Shown in pieces: positions 54,196 to 64,000 of a DNA stretch of 64,000 nucleotides. Numbering within the stretch: the first letter of the stretch is position 1; each line of letters starts with the position of its first letter. Source of the stretch: Microbotryum violaceum (Eukaryota); assembly GCA_001244265.2 (NCBI GenBank), contig CDLV01000006.1, positions 2,666,001 to 2,730,000 on the forward strand. The letters run 5' to 3'. A program made the translations under genes and the position numbers. Under the pieces are notes generated by a model. That model ran no database searches, had not been told where the DNA came from, and saw nothing but the letters and a program-made list of their open reading frames with translations.

Positions 54196-55530
54196 ATGCC
54201 TGTGATCATTAATATCGAACCGAGCTTTGCTCTCACCTCCGAGGAATTTGCAATCTTGAGCCCTGTTGCCGACCTACGCCTCGTTGACCTACTCGCGTAC
54301 GACCTACCTGCGCCCGACGCTTCTCTCCGACTTGCTCTATCGAAAGATGACCCTCGACATTTTGACGCGCTGCCACGCCCCTTGAATCAATCTATCGGAA
54401 AGTTTTTCAATCAAAGCTTTCTATCCTTGGCTTATCTCGATGGCTATCGATCTATCGCATTCGCCGTATCGGGGTCGTCGGTCAATGCGCCTTCCTCTCA
54501 ATGCCTCGGCGTTATGGGCCCATCTCGACAAGGCAGAAAAAATTCGATATATCATCCACAACATTCAAGAACAGGTTTCTCAATTAGCTAACGCCGACGC
54601 AATTCGGGAGCATGAGCTTGCCAGTGCTCGTCATCACCTCACTCGCATACGTTGGACAGCTGTCGACCGCGTCTATCTCCGAGGTGAACGAGAGGAACCT
54701 TCGCTTCAGGGGCAAATATCCGGGAGAAGACGTTGCAAGAGCAAGCGACAACTGCGATCATCACCGAGGGACGATCTCACGTTAGTCGCTGATTCGTGAT
54801 GTATCATGACGCAAGCTGTGGCATGCCTTTTCTTGCGCTCACATTTGACTCCGACACCACAGGACAAAATGAAAGGACGACAAGAGGTCTATGGTCAGAT
54901 CATGTCGAACCACGTACTCGTCAGAGCTGTTGATGTTGATGTGTCTGCACTCCGTTCTCTCAAGGTGGACACACTGTTCGTGTATGGAATCCCAGAAGAA
55001 CCTATGGGTTTGCCTTCGGGTGAACAATGCGGGGAACGACTGGCAATCGGGATAGGTATGCCAAACTACTACTTGTGTGGGGAAACTTCACATGACTGAC
55101 TAGCACCGTGACTGCGCATTTTACTTGTCACCTTCCGTGCAGTGAGGAACATTTACAAGAAGTCAAGCACAACTTATGAAAGTGTTGAAAGTCTTGACTC
55201 TCTTGCTCTTTTCGCAAATGCCGTGATATAAGAGCTGCGTGTCATCGCTCCGGAAGTTTACTCCAACCTGTCTCATCAGGGCAACACGCGCATTCGTCAA
55301 GTCGATGGGCGCTGTATCATAAATTCGCTCAAAACGGACTTGTCAAGCATCAACTACGAGGTCAAGGATTCCACACAATCTAACTGGCGTGATGAAGGGG
55401 AAATTCACATCACCGTCAATCAAGAAAAACGGTACAGGCTTTTGCAGAACATTAAAGGAATTTGAGCAACATCCCTTGCTTGTCTTGCACCAGGAGGCCT
55501 TTCAGACGAAGACGAAGGGCGTCAACAATG
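54196..55530 (+). pseudogene. Degenerate coding remnant, possibly transposon-associated
   Basis: Protein-like fragments broken by frameshifts and stops (DGYRSI...RLPL...W; YESVESLDSLA). The resemblance to basidiomycete TE-associated genes is from memory only. Confidence 0.3.
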
Positions 55531-55945
55531 ATGAAGAATGAAGGTCAGCCTGGCTCATGCTCGTATGGCGGTAAGCTTTGTCAGAGCTTGGCCCATCAAG
55601 CGCGGCAGTGGATCGCGGCGGGGCGGGTGTGGAGCAGAGCTAGCAGAGCGCTGGCGGCGCTCTTGGTGTGCGCGCGCGCGACCTTTCCGGCCCGCGCGCG
55701 GCGGAAACGCAGTCTGCGCGCAGCGCAGAAAAATTTCTGAGCATTGTAGAGCTTGGAGAGTAGTTTTCAAAAATTATTCAGCACTAGACGGCCCTCATAT
55801 TTGGACATTTTCAGTCAAAATCTGGAAATTGTTTGGACATTTTGCCTCGAAAAAGGCCGTTTTTAGAGGGTCGCCTATGACTGGGCTTTCGGGGTCCTGG
55901 CTGCAGCGCGACAGAGCGCGACGGACTGCGATGGCGGAAGGCAAC

Positions 55946-56049
55946 CTGCATCCCCCCTTTAACCAGCCACTGCATCCCTTCCTTTAACCAGCCACTGCAT
56001 CCCTCCCTTTGACCAGCCACTGCATCCCTTCCTTTAACCAGCTACTGCA
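55946..56049 (+). repeat. About 25-bp tandem repeat x4 (CTGCATCCCTTCCTTTAACCAGCCA)
   Basis: Directly visible, immediately upstream of the kinase. Confidence 0.92.
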
Positions 56050-56099
56050 GTACATCTTCCCGCTCCCCCATCCGAGGTCTGCATCAACAGTGAGTCAGA

Positions 56100-58605
56100 A
56101 TGCCCTCCTCCTGTTCGTTCCGCGTGGTCTGGCTGTTCAGTGTTGATCCAACATTATTGACCCATGGACTGGACCCGACGGCAATTGCAGTGCCTAGTCA
56201 GGCCGTCCGGCGCTCGGACCAGTCTATCTCGGGCGAGGCGTCGTCGGGGCCCGAGAACCGAAGAAGCCCGCGACTGATGCAAATGTCCAACGTCGCGCCC
56301 CCCGCCCAAGCGCAATCAATGCGCGGCGTCGCGTCTACACTTGCGTCCCCCGCCCCCGCCGCCACCCAATCATTGCCGACACACCTGCCCAGCTCGTCGG
56401 CTTGCACCCCGCGCAAGCCAAACAACCACGACAAGACTCGACCAGGGCGAGCAGGTCGCTCACGCGAGGCCGCAGGCCTGTCAGGCATGTCGGGCCTCGT
56501 CGATGCTTTACCACGCTCGAGCCCGATGAAGTCGAGTCCTGTCGTGTCAATGACCGCCACGGCGGCAGAGAGAGAGCAACAGCTCTTCGCTCACATGGGC
56601 AAACCTCGACTCTCGAAGGCGATGGACAAGTACTTTCTTGCCACGCCTTCGAAGTACGAGGCCAAGGTACTGGAACCGACGAAGCAACTGGGGACGGAGG
56701 CTGCGATGAGAGAGATCGCCAACGCGATCAAGGATGTGGTGAGTGCCCCGGTGCTATCGCTTGGCTTCGACCGCACGAGTATGACTGACCACTGTCTCCC
56801 GATCATTGATGCACCCGGGTGTAGACTGGTGATCGACGTCTGGTCGGATGCGGCAACTCGGGTAGCTTCATCAAGCTGGCGCCCGATCGCGGGGAGCAGG
56901 AGAAGACGCCCGACGCCGTCATATTGACGCATGCGGCGGTGGCCGCTTCCCCGATCTCCCGTTCCTTTGGGCGCAGTCAGAGCACCCAAAGTCGACGGAA
57001 GGCACGCCCCCGTCGCCTCAACGCGCATACTCGCAGATTGCAGTGGCGATTGAGGTGAAAGAGAGCGACACGAAGAGCGCAGAAGCGCGTAACCAAGTGC
57101 TTAGGCGGCTACACATGATCTGCACGACCGCGCTCCGTGCCCACGCGATCGGGGTCACCCTTTGCGGGGACGTACTTCAAGTCTACCTCGTCAACGCGTG
57201 TGGGGTGTTCACGACGAGCGCCCGCAAGTGCGGTCAGGAAGCCGTGCTGCTCCGGCGCGTGCTGTCACACCTCATCGAACTCGACGACAACGGGCTCGGG
57301 ATGCTGGCCTCGACGAACGAGGTCGACGATGGTTTCGGCAATTTTGTCGTCTCGGACAAGTTTCTCCCACCCGCGCCCACGACTTCGAGTCCGAGCTCGG
57401 CGATATCTCAGATCTCGAGATCCAGGAGCTCCTCTTCCGACGTCGAAGCTGCACGGGTCGTGCAACCTCCGCTTTCCGCGTTACCGCAAGACACGCGCCT
57501 GTCGACCCCACGTCGATCAGCTTGCCTACATCTGCCACCGAGTACGCCATGACAGTCGCATGGGTCGAGCAATCCCGCCTCGACGATGCGATTGCCCTAC
57601 GTCGCAAGATGCACGCTGCGTCGGGTATCGACACCGAGGGTTTAAGCCTTAGCGCCGGCATCTACCGGGACAACTTCCGCACGCTTCCAACTTTCCTCGG
57701 TGATGATGAAAGCTTCGATGATATCGGGCCCCGGGCACTCGAGGTGGTCTTCCACCGACAGTGTTATCAGCCCCTTAACACGGCGACCACGACCAGGGAA
57801 CTCGCTCAGGCCGTACTTGGAGTCGTCAAAGGTGAGCATGGAAATCAACTGGGTGGCCTTGCGTTTGCGCTCCCTAGCTGACACGCGCGTTCCCATGACA
57901 ATGCAGGACACCGAAACCTCTACAAGCTGGGGTATATCCACCGGGACATTTCGTACGGCAACGTCGTCATCGACCGCGACGGTGTCGGCGCCCTCATCGA
58001 CTATCACCTCGCCGTCCCGCATGATCGACCTTGCAACGAGCTGCACCACAGAATACGATCCGTGCGTCCTCCCCTCTGTATGTTTCCCCGAATGAAGTTT
58101 TTGACAAGCACTAATGTTTGGACTATACGACGTCTTACAGGGCACGTGGCCCTACCTCGCCTGCTCGATCCTCGCCCAACCGAACGAGCCGCTCGGTGTC
58201 GTCCACGAACGGTGGCACGACATCGAGTCGCTCTTCTACGTCGTAATGGAATCTTCGTTCCGCGAGCCGTACCAGGGCAACAATGAAGAGCTTGTCATGA
58301 CGCCAAAGGGTGAAGCCATCTGGCGGCGCTGGAACAACCCAGAAGTGGACATAGTCTATGATAAGAAAGAAAAGCTTCGCATGGACAAAGCTTACATATC
58401 TGTACTCGAAGGCTGCGCACATCGATGGACAAACATCCGCCTACTCGTTGACATTTTGAGACGCAATTGTGGCCTCGATAGCCGGTTCCTTGGTCTCGAG
58501 GTGGCGAAGGAAGAAGCCCAACTGGGGGAGTTGTGGGGTCCATCCAAGGCAATGTCGCACGAGTCCATCATCTCGGACATTGAGCAGCTGCTTCCCTTGC
58601 TCTGA
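56100..58605 (+). pseudogene. Fungal-specific protein kinase (FunK1/Pkinase_fungal), frameshifted
   Basis: KTPDAVIL, IAVAIEVK, GRAT, YKLGYIHRDISYGNVVID..GALIDY, GTWPYLA and HERWHDIESLFYV. Frame changes at about 56865, 56950 and 57375. Confidence 0.82.
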
Positions 58606-59612
58606 AGTGACCACCTGTGCGCTGGGCTTAAATATAGTTACTCGTTGTTAGTTCCGATCATTGCAATAGATACCCAAGGTCACGTTCCGTCCGTTCCAGT
58701 ATAATTCCAGGCTGGAGATAGGATTGCGCCAGCGGTGCCTTCATTCGACTCGACTGTGCAGAGTTTCTGGCCTAAGTTGTGATCTGGGAGGGCCCTCACA
58801 TCATTCACGTTTTGCTTATAGGAGTGTTGTTTTTGGAAATGTATCAGGTTTATTGTCCTGTCCCCTGTATCAAAACGCGTGGCCTTGAACCAGCGAAATG
58901 AAATCCATAGCCCCGCACCAAAATCTTGTCTTTGATCTCACTGACCTTTCGAGATTTGCCACACAACACCCATCTCATTGCTTCATATCTTACTCGAACT
59001 CGATCCTACGGTGCACACGTTGGATCATACAGTCACGACTCGGGGTTCTCCACACCATTCGGCGTTGGACCGTGACGATCTTCTGCACTCTCAATCGATC
59101 TCGGCGATTCGCTCGACCAGCTTGATACGTACGATCAGCATCCCACATATGCGAGTTGCACGATCATACACGCGGCAGCAAGCCTGGTCATTTGGTCGTG
59201 GACTGTGCTCAGCGAAGCACGGTGTTCCATCTCCTCTTGCTTCGCTTCTTCTTGCACTCACCTCGCTTGGTGTTGACAAACTCGTTTGGCATTTACTAAG
59301 CGAGCACGTGTCCGAAAGGTCAGTGCGTGCCTTCAACCTAAGGACCTTCTCTTCCTCCATACCTTGTGTTGCAAGTATGTGCACTCTTGCTTATGTACGG
59401 CTTTTCATTTGCTCCACAGGTCTCATTGCAGATTCCGGCCTGCGCTTAGATCGACTCTTCACACATGCAAGCGCGAAACTTACGGCTGCCGTAGGGCACG
59501 ACTTGCCAAAACAGAAAAGTGTGTCTGCAAGGGCCAAAGTAATGTTGGCTCCCTTCTGATTTCAATCGGCAATGATTGAAGGGATAAAGGGGTACCCCTT
59601 GGGGTTACCTCT

Positions 59613-59703
59613 CAGGGTTAGAACGGGTTAGAACGGGTTAGAACGGGTTAGGAAAGGGTTACGACAGGTTAGAACGGGTTGGGAACGGGTAGAACGGGTT
59701 AGC
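59613..59703 (+). repeat. (GGGTTAGAAC)n decamer array, about 9 imperfect copies
   Basis: Directly visible; preceded by the perfect palindrome AAGGGGTACCCCTT at 59587-59600. Confidence 0.9.
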
Positions 59704-62566
59704 GAACAAGCAGTGACTCTGGCGTCAAACGATGACAGGACTTCCTGTTGCCCGAAGCGGTGCGGGTGATGGCGCCATCCGGCCAAGATGGTACTCAGCG
59801 CTGAGGAGTCGCTGCTATCGAAAGTTGACAGGATCCGTCGAGGAGCACCCGTCGTCGAAAGCTGTGTTTGCGTTTGGAGCGCGTTAGTGTCTGCATTTGC
59901 TGTACGGTATGCGCCTCTGATGTGCACAAAATACAATCTGTCGTTCTTGACCGCTAGGCTAAAAGCAAGTCGTAACTAGAACTTGATAGTTCTAGCCACT
60001 CAAAGGCTACTTATGGGGCTGTTCCTGTAAGGCATCCCCTTACATTTGCGATTGCAGTCGTTTATCGGTTTTTTTTTTTTTTTTATCGTCTCGCCCGGTG
60101 GCGGATATCAGGTTTGCGCGAGACCGTCTCCATCCGTATCATAGGCCACCTCTGGCGACCTTAACACCTCACGATCTTAAGTTTGGCGCTTTAGCGGTCC
60201 GTTGCGTCGTCCGGAGATACGTGAGGCTGCATGAGTAAATCACATTGAGGCAGTGCAATCGAGTTCCGAGCCGGCACAGTGGGACATTCGGAGCGGACGG
60301 GTTGAATCACGGTCACATGGCAATATCAGCCCTGGGCAATGGGGCAATGATGTGCTTTCTCGCAGGGTAGCAGATAAATGAGACATGCTAATAAAGCACT
60401 GCCACCCAGCGCGGCTAATGGTCACGAGGCGAGGGGTGCGTGCGCGCCACGGCCCCGGCCCGGCCACGCTGCCTCGCTGTCTCACGTCTCACACCGACTT
60501 GCTCCGCATAGTCGCGGCCCGATTCGATTACTCGTGGCAATATCTGAAGGCTTCTGTTCCAGCGACACTGAAGAATAATCTGGGTGTGGCGCCAAAGGAC
60601 GTCCGATGCGATGCGGTCGCGCGAAGGCAAGCACTTCCAAAAACAGGAGTGCTTCCTCTTCACCTTACCCGAAATGTCAGGGGCCGAAAGATGAATTCGA
60701 GTTAGCCATCGGTACGCGTTAAACTCGAAAACTTCGGGGACCCTTTGTCTTCCTTCGTCTACTCACCCCATCTACCAAGCCCGGAAGACCTTTAATGAGC
60801 CTCTGTAGGGGGCGACGGGTCCCTGAACCTCTGACTGGTCTTCCGGAGCTCGACAACGAAGTGCAAGTACTCAACCCCGGCGCAGCTCACCAAGTATATC
60901 TCACCAGTTATCGGTACAGATACTCAACAGCGTCTCAACAACTCGAATTAACGAAAATTGCCAAATCCGAAACAGTTTCGAACCAGTATCGCTCCACGTC
61001 ACCTCCAGTGGCACTCCCCACAAACCCGCTCCAGCACGACATATGGCACGGAATCACAAGCGGAACGGTCGTTGTGGGAGTTGATTCAACAACGAAGTTG
61101 TGGACTCAAAAAATTAGTTTTGTCAGCTCCGTCCTATAGAAGCTAGATCGAGCGAAAAGTCGTCTGCAAGCCTCGCTCGAGCACTGAGAAAAACATTTGC
61201 CCTGTTGATCGAGAGCGAGATCGTCCGAAGCGAGAGAATTCAGTACTTTGCAGAGCTCAGTGAGATGCAATTTTGCGGGTTCGCCTAGCTGACCTACAGT
61301 ACGATCATTTCCTTCCTCAGAAATTGTTTTGGGATTCCGATGTAAGGCTCGGTTGCCTTACGCTATTTAACTACCCTTCTGATTTCAATATGCATCTATT
61401 GAAATTGTCAGTCTTTTGGACTGTGTAACCTAGTCGTGAAGGGCCTGGGGTATTACATCCGAGGAGGCGGCTATGACGCGGCGGCGCTTTTCAATCGCTC
61501 TCTTCTTTGCAATCATTCGGATATGGTTCGCGAAGCCGAAAGCTTCCCCTCGCATGCGGGCCCACTCCAAGCGCGGATCGGATTCGGAGATGCCTCCTCC
61601 GGAGTTCCTGGGCATGGCAGGCAGACATCACACCAACAAAGGGTGATTCATTTCACCATCCGTCAATATTTTGTTTCCGTGTCCAAGGCAGCTGATGTTC
61701 CTGCTTTCTACACTGCAGTTCGGCGGGTCGGCTCAAGTCAGTGTATTCTGCCCTTTCGGCCATGAGATGTCCGCAGTGTTCACACGCCGTCGAAACACTT
61801 CGGTTCATTTCGCATTAATTCGGTCAGTTCAAGGTGATGTTGATCAAGCTTATGAAGCAAAACTCGCGGCGTCCCGTTTCGTCCCCGTCCGAGTGACTCA
61901 CCGGCCTTGGCGTGCTCAAGCGAAGCCCGAACGAAGAAAGAGCTCCTCTCCCATTTCGGCAAGGTGCCAATGGGGAACGGCACGCTCGGACTGGGATCCG
62001 GGAAAAAGAAGTTCCGAGATGCAAGGGGCTATGACCGAAGCCTCAATACTCTAAGGAAAGGTCCGTACCTACTTGCCGAGCACAACAGGAGCCTATTGGT
62101 AGCTTTGGAAGGTCACATGTCCTCCGTCGGCCCATGATGGTCATTCCTACGTATACCTCAGACCCGTCAACTAATAAAGAATCGGACAACGCGCATTATC
62201 GAGTCAAACAAGGAGTCGAATATCGAGTCAAAAAAAAAACAAGTTCTGCTGCTTCAATTTGTGACATCCCGTGACTCGTCGTCCCCTCCACTGGCGGTAG
62301 ATAGGGGTGCCGGCTGAACGACCCGCTTTGCGACTCCGCTCGGCTATTCAGCAATGATGTGGTTCAGTGGTTTTCATGGCAACTCAAAGCTTGCGACGAA
62401 GGTCCTCGGGCATAGTTCCATGGCTGGTCGTCTTTATGCTACATTGCTCGATCGAATCTGTCCAGCCTTCATCGGATCTGTCGGGACCCGTTGAGCTCCC
62501 TTACATACGAATACGACAAACGCACTTGATACGACAAAGCCGCGCCCACAATCCCTAGACTATCCG

Positions 62567-63552
62567 TTATGCAAATTTGACACCGTCGCCATCCTCGCCT
62601 ACGCCTCGGAATACTTGACACTTGCCCTGCCGAGCGAGGATCTCGAGCGCTTTGCGTAGGATCGTCTCGTGGAGTTGATAAAATTCTGAAGTGAATGAGC
62701 GACGGTTTGGTTGGGTTAGGTGTCAGGTGCGACCGGGACTACGGGTTAAGGGTATCGGAACCTGACCTACCGGCGGTTTCGACCTCGTTCGCCTCGGTCA
62801 ACTCCCAGAATGTCATGATCGAATTGGTCAAGCCTTTGTCCTTGACCTGTAAACAAAAATGGAATGAGTCATACTTTCCATTCGTTCTCGATCTAGATCC
62901 CTGCGACGCCATGCCTTACCCAAGTATAGATCGCCAGAGCCCATTCGTCCGAAGTCTTCCAGTACACCAAAGCCCCCGTTGGAAGTTGCCCTTTCAGAGG
63001 TTTGGTATCGTATTCCGCTGTTCCCGAGGAGGTCATGAAGTTAAAGATAGCCCGTAGCATGGAAATATTGACGCGGCCTGTTACGAGAGAAGGCAGAGGA
63101 TCCGTAGGTGGGGGTCGACGGTGCGGTAAGCGGCACCTCCCTCCACCAACGCTCGCAGGGCACGTACGCTTTATGGCTGTGTTGTTGAACAGTTCGTGCG
63201 TACATGTCGCTTCCGAGATGTCGAATCGGAATATGCGGTGATGGCGTGCGTAGGCGAGGATCAAGGTCGTCCATTGCGACCGTTGGTGCGACCATGTCGA
63301 TTCAGTAGGTTGTTGACTGCAGAAAGCGTTTGATTGAATATCAACAGAGTTTGATCGATGTGCAGGACATCTAGTTACTCACGTGAAGAAGGGAGGGAAC
63401 GAGTAAAGCGAGGGAAACACGAAGCCGGTCGAGGTCGTCATTGGCTGCAGCGACAGCTTGAGCGACTCTCCTTTCGATCCTCTAACTCCATTCGATGATT
63501 TGGTGGCCAGTGATGAGCCCCCCGTCGATGATGCGGTTGGCTGTGTCTGCAT
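62567..63552 (-). CDS. VPS25: ESCRT-II subunit Vps25 (multi-exon)
   Basis: Hand-spliced: FVFPSLYSFPPFFT/QQP...QWTTLILAYARHHRIF..ELFNNTAIKR / ALVYWKTSDEWALAIYTW / VKDKGLTNSIMTFWELTE / EFYQLHETILRKALEIL...DGVKFA*. FPPFF and GVKF are Vps25 hallmarks. Confidence 0.92.
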
Positions 63553-64000
63553 GGTGCGGTCGCTAGCTAGTATGAGGTCAAAGATGAGACGAGCTGGAAC
63601 GGAGCAGACCGACGCAGGAACGCTCGCATCGGCCGACTCTTTGCGATCGTCGCTTATTTTCGCAAAATGAAGGCGGAGGTGTGCGCCAGAAACATGTCCA
63701 GATGTTTCACAGAACTTTACAAAGAGTTATCGAAAGCTTGCAGCTGAAGGGCTGATGAAGAGGGTTGACCTATCCACGTCTTTCAGAAGCCGAAGCACAT
63801 CGCATAGTAATAGATCGGCGGCGATCTACTTCACACCATTCCACACTTGAGTCGGTCGTCTTCAACACGTGCATCTGAATCTTCTTACCCGCCGCATCGG
63901 CCGCTCTCTGATCCTGAGACTCATTTTTCGATTTCGTCAGCTGTCCATCCTGTAGTGACCGAAGTTGATGGTCCTCGGAATAGATCGAAAAGGGGGCACT

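Noticed and set aside
60240-62140. Protein-coding gene convergent with VPS25
   Set aside because: Only short fragments with stops; I could not build a spliced model or recognise a domain.
63660-64000. Gene start or end at the right edge
   Set aside because: Several short frames are possible on both strands and none is identifiable.

Overview
Intron-rich fungal genomic DNA. Gene content and the TCG->TTG mutation signature suggest a basidiomycete of Pucciniomycotina/Microbotryomycetes type (inference). Positions 1-40.6 kb are a compact housekeeping block: an aldo-keto reductase (5' part), BMS1, an intronic box C/D snoRNA in a non-coding host, RPL8/eL8, NCR1/NPC1, a KDM3-type JmjC protein with substituted metal ligands, RPL11, a DUF1770 protein, MRPL32, EFG1, STE24, ELP3 and HFL1/TMEM184. 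A 6.8-kb Copia element (28071-34875) splits a 59-aa six-cysteine secreted-peptide gene that is absent from the ORF track. It carries a nested three-LTR, gag-only element with an internal inversion. Positions 40.65-62 kb are a decayed island: a second Copia, a secreted-protein pseudogene, a Helitron 5' half, a frameshifted FunK1 kinase and tandem repeats. An intact VPS25 closes the island. The best novelty candidates are the RPL8 poison exon with flanking hairpins, the gag-only element with T9 in place of a PBS, the split cysteine-rich peptide, the dual-guide snoRNA and the pseudo-JmjC. All calls come from manual reading with no database searches, and exon boundaries are inferred from splice consensus.
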